DNA from: Lingula anatina
Lineage: Eukaryota; Animalia; Brachiopoda
NCBI GenBank assembly: GCA_051362555.1
Contig: CM120649.1
Coordinates: 16,568,567-16,632,566, forward strand
Length of the DNA: 64,000 nucleotides
Reading direction: 5' to 3'
The translations under genes were made by a program, and so were the position numbers. Under the pieces are notes generated by a model. It did not search any database and was not told the DNA's origin. It saw only the letters and a list, made by a program, of their open reading frames with translations. Positions 10,610 to 24,019 of the stretch are shown piece after piece (within the stretch, counting starts at the first letter, position 1; each line of letters opens with the position of its first letter).

Positions 10610-13600
10610 TTATCGTTTCCCTCCTCCTCTCTCCTTCTCCTTGGAATATTCCATTTCTATCTTCTGCTCAATCTTTTCCCAGTCTATATCAACCTGAAAA
10701 AATGTTCAAAAATGAAAATTAGTCTACATCATATTTAAAAAATAAAATAAAAATTAATTAATTAATAACACAGTCAAATAATCTTACTACATTTTCAATA
10801 TCACCATTTAAGTAATTAATACAATTGTTCACTGCCTCCTTTTATGTTTTTGTATTCAGAATAGATACAAAAATCTTACAAAGGAACACATTTAGTGACA
10901 ATGATGATATAACTATCTTGTTAATAAAAATCTGCCAGAATACCAAGATTTTTTTACTTATTATATATACTTAAGTTAAACTGTATTTCAGTAACAAATT
11001 ATCATCATCAGAGTGCTACACACAGTTTTAATCTTCACAACAACAGGTAAATATTGGAATGGAAACAAACTAATATAATTCTCGCTATTGCTGTGAGGAA
11101 ACTATCATATAATAGTTGTTATTATTAATATGTATCTTGCTAACTTATAATCTACCTAAATCTAGAATTCACCACACCAAATAATTGTCTATCACAAAAA
11201 TGTCACTTTCATAAAATCCACTATATTATCCGCACATAATGTGTCTCAATCCTCATTTTGAAGACCCTTCTCAAAGCTACTCTTAATATCAGCTCACACT
11301 AATTAAATTCAAGTCAGTCCCTTAACTGTTTAAAATACAATCAAATCAGTCAACCCCAACTATCCCGTGCCTTAACTGGCTCAATGACAATGCATTTCAT
11401 TGAATGAATTTGAAGAACAAAAAGAAAAAATCTTGACTGCTGCTCAGTATAAGTGTAATCACTCTGAGAATAGTACCTGAAACTTCTACATCAAAATAAC
11501 AAGCTAAGTTTATATGTGTGCCCTGTAACTTTCACGAAAGATCTTATGCCTGGATTTGATCTGATTAAGGCCAAATTGTGAGTCTACTTTAACCAAAGAT
11601 AAATAAGTAGAAGTACAATTTAAGCAAATAAAAAAAAAACACTGCACATGTTTAAAAACATGCTATAGGGAGTGGTCAATGTACCCATACAATACTTTCC
11701 AGGCCCGTAGCCAGGGGGGTTCCACTCTGGGTAAAATTTGACCTAGGTACATGGGGATTACATGGTAAAAGGTCCACTTTTTCAGAAAAAGAAAACACCC
11801 CCCCCCCCTTTGATATTGCTGGCTATGGGCCTGCTTTCTTTATTCAAAATCACACTCAGCAAACTAATACTTTCTGAACAAGTGCTCTCAACAAAATTCA
11901 CCACCAATAGATTGGGGTTCAGAATTCCAAGTTGCAGGGATCAGTACCTTCTGTTGACCAGTAGTGAAAGTCAATAAAACTCGAGAGTGTGGACTGGAAG
12001 AGATTGTATGCACAGTCTCAGTGAGATGTTGGGAGCCCCCTTGTCAACATTCCCTCCTCTGCCCACCGTGCACCTTGACAAATATTTCGAATTAAGCAAT
12101 GAAAAATCTTGACCTTGAAGCCCTCAAGATGGAGACACAGGGCGCGTTCCCAGTGAAACTATTATTCTATGTACATCGATCCAACTCCACAAGCTGACTT
12201 GCTGAATGCAATCAGATTAACTGAATTATAAGCCTCCTTTCACAGCTGGGGCCTGGGAAGGGGGGGGTGATTAACCTTCTTGTGCGTTCAGTTGCACTCA
12301 AAACATAGCAAAAAAAGCTTCTAGATGTCTGGTGTACAAGAAAGTTCGAATCGGCCTAATTTCAAAGTTCTGCAGACATGTCCTATACAGGTCACAGAGA
12401 TGATTGAGCCCTATATGTAACAGACATGCCAAAATGCCATGGACCATAAAAGAGGGAGAGTTATTTTGCCTTGTTACTTCATCTGTCCAGCTGTAACCCC
12501 TGAGACTGTACAATGTATTTCTTAGATACTTTCCACAAGTGTGCTCCATGAAGCTAGGTTAAGTTAATCAGTTAGCCATGTCAAGCACAAGGGTTCCATA
12601 ACCATGAAGTTTTTTCCACCTACCAAAGTGCACTTGTACAGCTGTTATCAATTAAGTATCCCACTCTGTGAGAGAACGTCCCCAAGTTTCTGACAATGAA
12701 GGACTAAAAACGAACATGAGTTTTGTGAAGTCTGCTGCTTTTATTTCAACACAATATCCAAGAACTGCAAGCAATGAAAGCTTCTCACTTTTTCTCTTTT
12801 GAAATTGGTGGTTCACTGTGTCAATATTGTTAAAAGCGAGGAAAAAAATGCTACTTCAATGTTCAGCATTGAGAAAATACCTAGCTGTTTGCTCTTTGCA
12901 GAAATTAGTTATCCCAAAATAATAGCAGTGACTTGCAAAAACTTTGACAATCCTATCATTGAACTTTTTTGCTCAATTCATGTCTGTAAGATTTTATTAG
13001 AAATGTAATGCTTAGCAGAAATAAAAGTGAATGTCATATTTCTAAGCATCCCAAAATAATACGAGTGACTTGAGAAACTTGAGAATCCTATTATCGATAA
13101 TCTTTTTGTTCATTTTCAGCTGTAAGACTTTATTGGAAAACTAATGCTTTGCAGAAATAAGAAGTGGCTGTCGTATCTTTAATTATCCCCAAAAAACAGC
13201 AGTGACTTGCAGAAATTTCTCCATCCTAAAATCAACCATCTTTTCATCAATCTTATGCCTGTTATGTTTTATTGGAAATATAATACTTTGTCAACTGCAA
13301 TGAGAATAACTGTTACAGTGACTTGCATATTTCTCAAAGCTACAACTTTTGTCCCGACAATAAACTTGCCGAGGTCAAATGTTGATTCTGTAGCTAAAAT
13401 TTGCTAATTACGTGACAGATATCTTAGCTGCTCAATTTACTAAAAGATTTTCTGGATTAAACATACACAGTTTTAAGTAGCTGTAGGCAGTGGTTCCATG
13501 ACTGTGTAATATTCCATACAAAGCTCCGTTGCCTAACTAAACACTGGCAGACAGTTTCAGTAAAGGACTGAAGTTCTTGAGCCAGGTTAAGACATTATAA

Positions 13601-13776
13601 CTAGTATAGCCAATGTCTTTTCCATATTGGTTTTAGAAAATTGCCAAACAAGTAGAACATTAAGACATGTAGCTAACATGTTGTCAAATCTTAAACCGTG
13701 AGGAGTGGAAACTGATGCTAAGACAGTCAGAGTTTGGTTTGATTTAAGGGCTGGGTTTTAATAAAACCAACAGGAA

Positions 13777-13835
<59 letters not shown>

Positions 13836-14968
13836 AATTTAATTGATGTTCTTTTGTGAGCCAGGTGCCAAAACCACGTTTTCATTATGAGACATGAGTC
13901 TTCTTATACCTTTCCAACAAAAGATTAGTTTACCTGTGGTGAAATAAAGACATGTAAAAAACTTGGTAGTGAAAACAGCCAACACAAAAAGAGAAATTAG
14001 TATCAGTACACAGTTGTGTTGTGAATTTCAATATCATCTCCCCTAGGTGACTAAATTTCAATATCAATACAAAACCAGTCCCTACTAAATAACTAAGTGA
14101 TGTAAAGTTCTACAAACAACATGTACCTTGTCCTCTGACTGTTAGTTTGTTTTGAAATTGAAAATGTGTACATATTATGAAACATTATCACATCATAAAA
14201 AAAAAATTACATTGTTTTTTATTTTTGGTTTAGATTTTTTCTTCAGAGACAAAAACATTTCTTTTTGAAATAAACTGTTTCAGATACTCTGATGAAAGAT
14301 AAAATCCCTTGGACTTCAGAGTTCTTCACTATCATATTCATATATTAGCTAAATCTTTTTTTATCAAAACTGCTTAAATTGTATATTCTTGTGACTCAAA
14401 CAAGGATTCCCAAAGTGGCAGAATAATGCAGATTTATACTGTATATGGGCAAATGATATCACTTTAAACTTAAAATTTCTCCATTCCCAAAGTAATAAAG
14501 TTGTGTGAAGTCTACTGTACAAGGGTAAATAACATGAAAACTTACCCCTTTTGCATACTGCTCAAATCTCTTGTCTGTCTCTGTCCTGTCAAACACCTGG
14601 AGATATTTCTGTCTGTATGCCAGTACTGTGTCTACATGAGTCTTGTGCTTCACTGCCAGCTCCAAGGCTCTGAAATATACCATCATTTTATACCACAATG
14701 TGAAAAATAGTGATCCTGTAAGCAGTTATCAAGCAAAATACGTATACCATGTTGTGAATCTGTTTGTTAGTAGTGCTAAGTTTTCAACTGAAACACTGAC
14801 TCATATTTCCCTAAGTTACAACAGATAAGGAAGCTGTTCATCGTTACTAACAAACAAACTTATTGTGTTAAATTTTGTAACTTAAAGTCAACCATAACAC
14901 CAATTTCCTTTTTCTATCTGCCAACATACTTAATCTGCACCCTCCCACTGAAGGAAAGGTGTCCTCCC

Positions 14969-15058
<90 letters not shown>

Positions 15059-18012
15059 TACACACACACAGACACACTCACACATATTACCTGGACCAGT
15101 TATAAAGCTGTATATTTTGCATGATGGCCCTGAACACCAGCCCAGCCTGCAGCAGGATGCCCTCCGCGTCCTGAGGGTTGCCAGAGAACAGAGCCATCTC
15201 CGCATTCCTGGCCTCCTTCAGTGGGATCTCCTTGATCTGGAGGATGTACTGCACCTTGTCAGCCTGGGGAGGGAAATGGGAAGATGGGGGATAAAAATGT
15301 AAAGGTAGGTGTGGGAAAAAATGTAAAATATGAAAGAATAAGCTGTGAAAATGAAGGCGATGTCTTCCCTTTATCATTCTACAGAAGGGCATGTGACACG
15401 GTTAATATACCCATGTAACTGGTGAAGTAAACTTCAATCAAATGCTGCTCAAGTTCAGTATGTATGAAACTTTGAAAATGAAAAGGCCAACTCATGAAAC
15501 TTCTGACTAATTGAACAAAGTAACACATATGCTCACCTCATTGATGGCAGCATATGCCACTTCAGCTGTATTCAGTTCCTTGGCATAAGCAGCCATAGCA
15601 GCAAGGCAGGACCACATTGTGTCATCCTGAAACCAGAAGAGGGGTTTATGAGATCATGGAAATGCTCTGGTGATAAAATTTATGAGCATGTACTAAGACA
15701 GGCAGACCCATCTGCTGTGGTAACAGGCCTGAGTATGTAATAATTTAGATTGCCCTATATGCCGTGGAAAGAGGCCTGCCTATGTACCAAGATAGGCTGA
15801 CCTATCTACTATAGAAACAGGCCTGAGTATGTACTAAGATGGGCAGACCCATCTCCCATGGAAAAAGACCAGAGTATGTACTAAGATAGGCTAACCTATC
15901 TCCAGTGGAAACAACACTCCTGAGTGTATACTAAGATAGGCTATCCATCCCTAGTGTAAACGGGACTTACCTTGACAAACCTGCACAGTCTGACAGCATC
16001 TTCCCACCGCGACCCCATCACAAAGTTGTGCAGCATGGCCGGGTAGGGGGAGATGCCTGTGCTGACCAGAGAGCCATCTGCGCGGCGCAGACTCACATGA
16101 CTGCCCAGGAAACTTAGCAGTTGTGGGTTCTTGCCAAACTCACTGGAGGAGAGAAGATACCATATTACTGATCTGGACAGAGAGATAATCTTCTTTTTTC
16201 TTTCTTTTTGTGTTATGCAAATTTTTATACATATTCAATTATAAATTTGTAAACAACACTAATCTATGCTGAAAGCCATATCCTTCTGCTACTAGTTTGA
16301 CTATTTTCCACACTTCTACATAAAATTGCTTTTTCAGCAAATTTACAACTCAAAGACAAATGATTATAGTCAAAGGAGATGTCAAGAGATTTACCTGGCA
16401 TCTTTTTCACAGACTGTCTTTGGCAGCAAATCTCTGTCTACGTATGCCACGTTAGGATAATACCAGACTGTGAACTTCCCATCAGCCATTGCAGCTAGCA
16501 TATTACTGTTGTCATTCCAGACTTGAGACAGAATCATTGTGCCTGATGGATTAATACATAAATTAACAGCTAGCATATTACTGTTATCATTCCAGACTTG
16601 AGATAGAATCATTTTACCTGATGGATTAATACATTAATAAACTAATAAACAAAGAAACACTAAGCCAAATATTATTATTAACCACTGCTTTGGTGCAAGC
16701 ATTTTAACATTTTAATTAAAAATTTGAGATGATCCACCATCTTATGGTAATAAAATTAATAAGCTTAAAATGAGTTGATCTGTTTAATAAATTGTTCAAA
16801 GATATTAAAAGATATTTCTTTTGTGTTCACAGGCACTTGACTGTAGGTGTCCAATAGACACAAATATGACACAAGTTTATGCTTGTGAAAAAAGAAAAGA
16901 TAGAAAAAGAAATATATATGATCTTATAATAAACTTGCCTTCAAATGAGACATTTAGATATCTTGCAAAAAGAAAAATCACACTACAGTAAACCAAGAAA
17001 TGCTAACCCAGTTTGACAGTCTTTCTCTCTGTACCAAATGTTCTAACAGAGGTGAGGTACAGGTCTCTGTTCTTGTCTATGATGGCCAGCCGTCTCTCAT
17101 TGGAAGGACCACACTGGTCCAGAGCTATCTCCATTACTTCCAGCTGGAAACAGACACACATGTGTATACAAATTTACATCATTTCTGAAATGTTTATATT
17201 TTCACTTTTCATCTTTAATTCATCTTGCAACATTCTATTTATTTCTATTTATTTATTTGTTTGTTTGTTTGTTTGTTTGTTTTTTTGAGAGGGTATCATA
17301 CTGAATGAAAATATAGCTATCCACGCTGCCTTTGAGCTATTCTATATGATAAGTGAATTTCATCCTACAAAAATTTCTTGAACAAGTGTTAAAAGATTTC
17401 TACACCCCGCTCTCCCACTAAAAAAATACACATAAAATCCTAGCCAGAATACCTTGTGTGTGATGGGTTTGCCATCTCCCAGAGGTTTGCCTGTAGTCGC
17501 CTCAAACAAGTGGATCACTGAAATATAATGTTATACTGTAATAGCTCTCCTGACTCTCTATAATCTTACTTTTGGAATTTGACTTTAACTTGCTGACAAT
17601 TCTAGTCAGTCAGAAAAAAAAATAAATAAATAAAAAGTAAAAGTTAATTTAAATCACTGGCAAGAATTATACTTTTTACTTTCATCTATTACATTCAATG
17701 GTCTCTGACTGACACTGTCTGCCTGAAGTGGCACAGAACCTTGATAAAATTTTGTTTTTTTGACAAATAGGACCCTTCCCAACGAAAAGGGCTCTTCTTT
17801 TGAATTCTTCACTCCTCCCCCTATCCATATATCTACATATCTTACCTTTTTCATCTGTCTTGTCCCTGATGGCCACTGTGTCATTGCTGATGGTGACAGT
17901 CTGTGCATTGAGGACATCTGTTCTCATTCCCTGGAACTTAGGTGAACACACCAGTCTTCCCTCATAAGAATACACATGGACGCCTACATTGTCTGCCAGC
18001 AGGAAGTGTCTG

Positions 18013-18109
<97 letters not shown>

Positions 18110-21100
18110 ATTAATAATAATTTGTTACAGTTATAATGCCCAAAGCTGCTAACATTCTTAAAAAAAAAAAAAAAAAGAAAGAAAGAAAGAAAGCCGTTAT
18201 TAGTTCTTCGAAATACAGCAATCTGAGTACTTTAGCAAACTTGCAGCATTTAATGCATGGTATTGCTACTTTTACTGGCTCTTCCTGAATACCTATCATA
18301 GCACTGAAACTCTAAGGTTTTTCACCTTAGATGTTCATGTACCATGAAATATGAGACACCAAGGCGGACCTGGTTTAAAACTGAAGATGTTTTTACTTAC
18401 TTCTCAGCCTGCAGTATAAGGTTAACGGCACCCTCTTTCAGATCAGATATCATGGGAGTGTTCCAGTTACGAGTGCTGAAATAAGAGCAAAATCTGAGTG
18501 TTCATACAGTTAAATCAACACCACTAAAATAGTCTATTCTATTGTTAATGTTTTATTTTGATTTTGAATGGCCAGAAAAAAAGCACACTGTATGAGAGTC
18601 ATATCAAGTGTTTACAAAATACCATCTATAACACCAAACAAACTACATTTCCCTTGGTTCATGTCTAAAGCTGAGGAAACCACTGTTCTGTGACTCTTAA
18701 AAAAAATTAAAACCCATAGTTATACTACCTGTACACATAACACTGTGAAGATGTAGTAACTACTAGATGGTTGAACCCCAGCGAGGTTTTGATGATCCTG
18801 TCTCTAAAGTCTAGCTTGTCTTTGGTATCGTCCACTACATTCCTGACATCTATAGTCTTAGCTCCTGTCACTGTCACCTCAAAATTCTTCCACTCTAGAC
18901 GTCTGAAACATAGAAAATGACATAGATTTAATTATTTCAGGAGCAGAGATAAGTCTAAACTTTATGAGTACACTTATAAAGAGAGTTTGTCTGGCTTAAC
19001 ACCACATTCTGTTTACTCCACAATCCTTTTAACCTCAATACAACTAAAGAGACATTAATACTGAGATGATGCATGTAACAATGTATCCCCCCCCTCAACA
19101 CAATGTTCAAAAATATTGCCAATGTCAAAACTTTGAGCTGATACACAACCAAAGCAACAATTAATAAAACTGTCCCATTCATTTTATTCAGTTTGACGAA
19201 AAGCTGGGGCCCAAACACTCACTTTTCCACCAGGTGTGCAAAGATCACATGACCATTCCCACAAGCCCCTGCGACCTGCGTGCCGTCACTGGACCACGAT
19301 AATGAAAAGATGCTGCCTGTGTTGGGCTTCTCCAGGGCATATGACCACTAGAATGGTTAAAGATGTATTCATTATCTTCATTTATCAATAGAAAAAATCA
19401 TTTTTGCCACTTCAGACCATAACAAGTTGATCCCACTGATATGTAGCCACTATTGAGTTGTAAGTTTTATTTACCTAATAAGCAGTAAACCCCAAACAAT
19501 AAGGATTACAACTGATGTAAATATCTTATTCCAATCTTCTGTCTTTTTTTCTACCTAACATATCTTTTATCTGTAATTTAACAAAAAATTACACATACGC
19601 AAACAAAAAATCCAAATGAGGCAAATGCGCTCTTTATTATTATTCATTTTTTCAGAATATAAAATAATTCAACAAAGACTTTCTTATCTCTCTCTAATCA
19701 CAAATCAACAAACCACATCCACCTACCCCAGCCTTATCACACAATCTAAGAGTGTTAAAAGATCCGACAGCAAACAGCTCCCCGTCAGGTGTCCATGCCA
19801 CAGAGGTGATGGGGTAATCATGGGTGACACTGCTGTACAGGAGACGACCATAGTGGTCCCACACCTGGAATACAGTCAGAGATTTCTATTACAAAACACC
19901 TGTCTAAATGAGCACACACCACACACTTGGGTGCTCTATAACAAAAAGTCTTAAGTTCATGGACTTAGATTAGACTGCTTAAGTTGGATAGCCGACTATG
20001 CAAAGTGCCTGGATTTTGCAGTGCAGGACTATGTAACATTAGGAGTAACCTACAGCAGCTGCTGCAGTCAGTTGAGTCCACTGTACTTTTCTCATAGGGA
20101 TTCAAGTACCATTCCCTCCTAACTGGACATCATTATTACATGTTCTTCTGAGATGACGATGCACTGTCTTCTGCCGCTGCAGCACTAGATGTAATAACAT
20201 CCTACCCACCTGCAATAAGTCTCTCTAAGCTGAGCATCTGGTATACAACATGAGATAAAAACAATTTACCTTGTACTTGCAGTCCTCTCCTCCAGACAAT
20301 ATCAAGTTGTTGGAGGCATTCCAGTCAGCTTTCAGTATCACACCATCATGGGCCTTCCACTGGGAGACAAATAGTTTATCACAATATAATAAAATTTATT
20401 CATATCTTCTCCTAGAACTTGTGGACGTTAAAATTAAGTCAAGTTTTAAACCCATGAATAAATCTCTTCTTACAAGACAATAAAATTTAAATAAATAATT
20501 TTTTAATGAGACGAAAAACTCCTCTATAAACTTTCATGAGAATAATAAACATGAAGCATTTATTGGTTAAAACAAAAACAAGTGAAAGCACCGCACACAC
20601 AGATATAATAAACCTACACAAATATGGCACAAAAAGACTTATATACAGTATTTCATATTCTAGATAGTTATTATTTGTACCAAAAAAAAAAAAAAATGCT
20701 GAACTGACCATGACAGGTTTGGCATTGGCCTGCATTGGCTTGATCACCAGCTGTTTATCATTGGTCAGCAGTATCTGGTCATTATCTGGACTCCAGCACA
20801 CTGAATACACTGGGCTGCCTGAAGGTATATATATGGGACATATTATATATTCACTTAGCATGTGAAATATGTATTCAAATGTTCTTTTGTATGGACTCCA
20901 GCACACTTGATAACAGTGTATACTGGGCTGCCTTAAAACATCACGTTACATATTTTCTATTGGATAAGTCTATAGATATAATGTAAGTTCAGATGCTCCA
21001 TTAGTTGACTGGTGAGTTAATACTTTCTTCTGAGGTGTACAACAACTGTTATAAATAAGAAGTTGGAAGTCATGCAATAGCATAATGGTTTTATTTTGTA

Positions 21101-23432
21101 ATTCCAGAAAAATGTATTCCACTGGATAACATATCTGAGTATGTTCTATCACATTACATTTTTAAGCACAGGTACATGCTTGAGTTTCAATTAATATATA
21201 TACAATTCAAAATCTCCATAGAACACAGTGTGACTTACTGTTCTGGACTAGAGTTGATCTCAACATTCCACTTCTTGACCAGATTTTTACAAGGCCATCT
21301 TCTCCAGCTATGGGAACAGTAAAGAAATGTTGTGAACAGATCTTGTTATCATCATAGTGGTAGCAATACTACTGCCACTACTAGTTGCTATATCAACAGC
21401 TACTACTACTATTAATAAAAACAAAAAATATCCTAATACAAATAGTGATTTTAAATATGGAAAACTGTAATTATTTCATTAATGAAACTTCTTCTAATAG
21501 TATTTTTATTTTCACACTAACTCATTGCATTATACCCTTTTAAGCAGTATATGTAGCCTTAAAAACAAAAACTACTCTTTCTTTCTTCCACATATATATA
21601 TTATTATTTTATATATTATATAATATATATTATATAATTATTATTATATATTATATAATAATCCCTGAAGTATGCCTAGCCTACCTGTCACCATAGCAGT
21701 GCCATCATAACTCCACCTACAGGCTAACACTGCTCCCCTGTGGGCCTCCACTGACTTCTCCACACGCCCTGTCTTAGACACCAAATGATATTTGCCTGGA
21801 AAGAAGAAATTTGGTTTCAAATATAGCTGCTCCTGTTCCAAAAATACAAAATAATCATAAGCAAATTCCATTAAAAAATATTAAAGGTCAGTAAAACCTC
21901 AGGATACAACTCAACCAAACTATGATGGGGTGAGCAAAATTATATCAATCAACATAAATGGAAAAGAACTACAGTACTATATGTCTGACACAATTAAATT
22001 AGGCAGCTAAAGAGGGATAAAATAGACCTGTATATCTGAGATAAATTCAAGAACCAAAAACACACTGTAATATCAATATAACATAAATGAGGATTCAATA
22101 GTGAATCAATCAATAAATAAATTAAACCCAGTACCCATATCTCTGTACAAAACAAAACAATAAACAGATATATCCCACGGCATCCTTACCATCTGAAGAC
22201 CCTAGGACAAAGACGTCAGCTCCTCCAGCACCCCCTTTCTTGCCCCCTGCCCCACTCTTAGGAAACCAGTGCAGATCTGTGGGGTAGACATCATTACCCA
22301 GCTTAACAAGACATGTGCATTCATTGTTCAGCAAATTCCACCTGAAATATAGTCATGGTGTGTAATGAAACTAAATATTAACATAAACTGTCCAAATATC
22401 ATCAAATCTTTATAGCAAATTTATGTGTTTTAAACTTATTATAATGTTCAGCAAATTCCACCTGAAACATACATGTAACAAGGAAGCTCAAAGCTGACAA
22501 TTAATACAATAAACTACCAACAAAGTTATCAAGTGTTATTTGCCTCCCCCCCCCCCCCCCAAATCCTTCTGTTATTTACCTTTTCTACTCGGAATGGTAA
22601 GTGACATCAGTGATATTCATCTATCATGTTGTAGAGTAATAATAATATTACACATTGTTTTTATCTCCTCACATCCACAGTTCATCACTAAAATATAATT
22701 TACATCTTTACCTCTAACTGCTTTAAAAATATCTCTTCATGTCATATACACCATAAGCAAAGACCTACATTAATACTTCTCAAAACTTTACCTGAGTATC
22801 TGGTGGTCATCACTGCCAGAGTAGACCTCATCAGGAGTCGTCCACCCAGTACAGGTCACTATCTCTGTATGTGGGAAAGAGTTAAGGAGGAGAAAATAGA
22901 GTAAAAATGTGGCAAGTCAATTTTAAACACAGTCTCCACTTTATCTATTGTATAGGAATTTCCATAAGAAGACAAGTAATACAAAAGTATTAATTTAGAA
23001 AATGATAATAACACATAGACAAACATTAACAATTAAATCCAAGATATATACAAATATTTGTGGTGGTCAGACCATTTGTTTTCCACTAGGCAACCCTTGA
23101 AAGAGCACCTGCCAATATAAACACATCCAAAATAAATTCATGCCCCAGCTCTTATGATAGAGTTGTTTGCAATGTTTGATAGTTTCCCCGAAACAGATAC
23201 AACCCTTTTAAATGAGTAAAATGCTGGACCCACTTACACATGTAAAACAGAGTTTTAGAATGCTTCATATTTCGCATTGCCATCAACAAAATCATCAAAT
23301 CGCATTATTACATTTAGCTAACCTACAGGATTTTCAAAGATTCTAAATGAATTTTCAAAAACAGCTCACAACAATCATCGTAATTAAAAGGATATGTTTA
23401 GGTTCCTTCTGCAGTGAGGTTTTAAACCTCAT
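10610..23432 (-). CDS. IFT80: Intraflagellar transport protein 80 (WD40 + C-terminal alpha-solenoid), 20 coding exons, 771 aa
   Basis: Exons 23432-23396, 22870-22792, 22341-22190, 21795-21685, 21307-21239, 20818-20709, 20359-20270, 19864-19727, 19347-19223, 18902-18729, 18475-18401, 18009-17846, 17517-17453, 17143-17008, 16542-16395, 16142-15971, 15626-15537, 15263-15091, 14669-14546, 10693-10610. They sum to 2316 nt in frame: [13 protein letters not shown]...[14 protein letters not shown]...WKAHDG...[12 protein letters not shown]...[17 protein letters not shown]...IDWEKI...EKERGGGKR*, recognisably IFT80. Confidence 0.97.
11700..11833 (-). mobile_element. Second, shorter, inverted copy of the CAGGCCCGTAGCCAG MITE, 5-bp TSD CTTTC
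   Basis: CTTTC|CAGGCCCGTAGCCAG...CTGGCTATGGGCCTG|CTTTC; the internal sequence is the reverse complement of 3248-3415. Confidence 0.85.
12895..13330. repeat. Degenerate ~137-bp tandem repeat (about 3 units) in the last IFT80 intron
   Basis: AGTGACTTG anchor recurs at ~12927, 13063, 13201 and 13317; ATCCCAAAA, GTAAGA.TTTATT.GAAA and TGC(T)TTGCAGAAATAA recur with the same period. Confidence 0.7.
13775..13836. repeat. (AAAT)n microsatellite
   Basis: Direct reading. Confidence 0.95.
14979..15082. repeat. (CT)n(CA)n microsatellite
   Basis: Direct reading; source of the spurious ERERER/CVCV ORF. Confidence 0.95.
15685..15965. repeat. ~46-bp minisatellite (about 6 units) filling an IFT80 intron up to the donor site
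   Basis: Unit approximately GAGTATGTACTAAGATAGGCTGACCTATCTCCAGTGGAAACAGGCCT. Confidence 0.8.
18014..18109. repeat. (AAT)n(GAT)n microsatellite directly abutting an IFT80 acceptor
   Basis: Direct reading; on the minus strand (TCA)n(TTA)n-TTCCAG is the acceptor tract of exon 18009-17846. Confidence 0.95.
22871..23395 (-). other. U12-type (minor spliceosome) AT-AC intron of IFT80
   Basis: 5' end ATATCCTTTT; branch site TCCTTAAC about 10 nt before the terminal CAC; splicing restores the His codon (C|AT) in KEPKH-TEIV. Confidence 0.93.
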
Positions 23433-24019
23433 TTTAACCTCTTCTAACACTTGTTTGTCAACTCTCTGATGTCAATGTTTGTCGTTGAAGTTCTTAGTCG
23501 CAGTGCTTCAGATACAGTTTGCAAGTCCCCTCGACTTGCGTTTAGAAGCTAGCTGTATTTTCTTTTAAACTTAACTCTTCAACCTACTTCACGATATCAA
23601 CAGCATCACACCGATTGCGCCTTTGTGAGTATGAATAAATGTAAAATCAAAATGAATCGCCTGAAAATGAAATATCTGTCACTGTTTCTGCTATGAAATC
23701 TTCAACCCGGTGGAATGTTGCGTCTGCGCATAACCGGAAGTGTGGTTCACAGAAAGCTAAGCTTTAAATGTGTAGAAGTGAAAATTATTTAAAACCAAAA
23801 TTACCATAATTGTACAAAAATAATAGAGAATTTATAATTAAAAATAAATAAAATCTTTATATAAAATATTAGTGAAATAATTTAACTTTTATTAATGTCT
23901 ATTAAAAAACATATTGATCAAAATAAAATCCCAATGAGTCTCAATTCTAGTAAAGTCCAAGAAACAAAACAGTCGCCATGATTGTTTTCAGTGGAAACGA
24001 GATTGGTTAGATTAACGAG
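23433..24019. promoter_or_regulatory. Bidirectional promoter region between IFT80 and the non-coding first exon of CXorf58
   Basis: Head-to-head genes under 600 bp apart (IFT80 ATG 23432; plus-strand donor GAG|GTAAGA at 24020). Motifs: ETS CCGGAAGT ~23734, NRF1-like TGCGTCTGCGCA, YY1-like CGCCAT ~23974, X-box-like GTTTTCAGTGGAAAC 23984-23998. Confidence 0.55.

Noticed and set aside
12298-12549. 83-aa ORF in the last IFT80 intron as a transposase remnant or nested gene
   Set aside because: No motif I can assign; it would need a translated search.
15685-15965. Regularly spaced repeats resembling a CRISPR array
   Set aside because: The whole unit is repeated with no unique spacers, there are no cas genes and it sits in a eukaryotic intron: a minisatellite.
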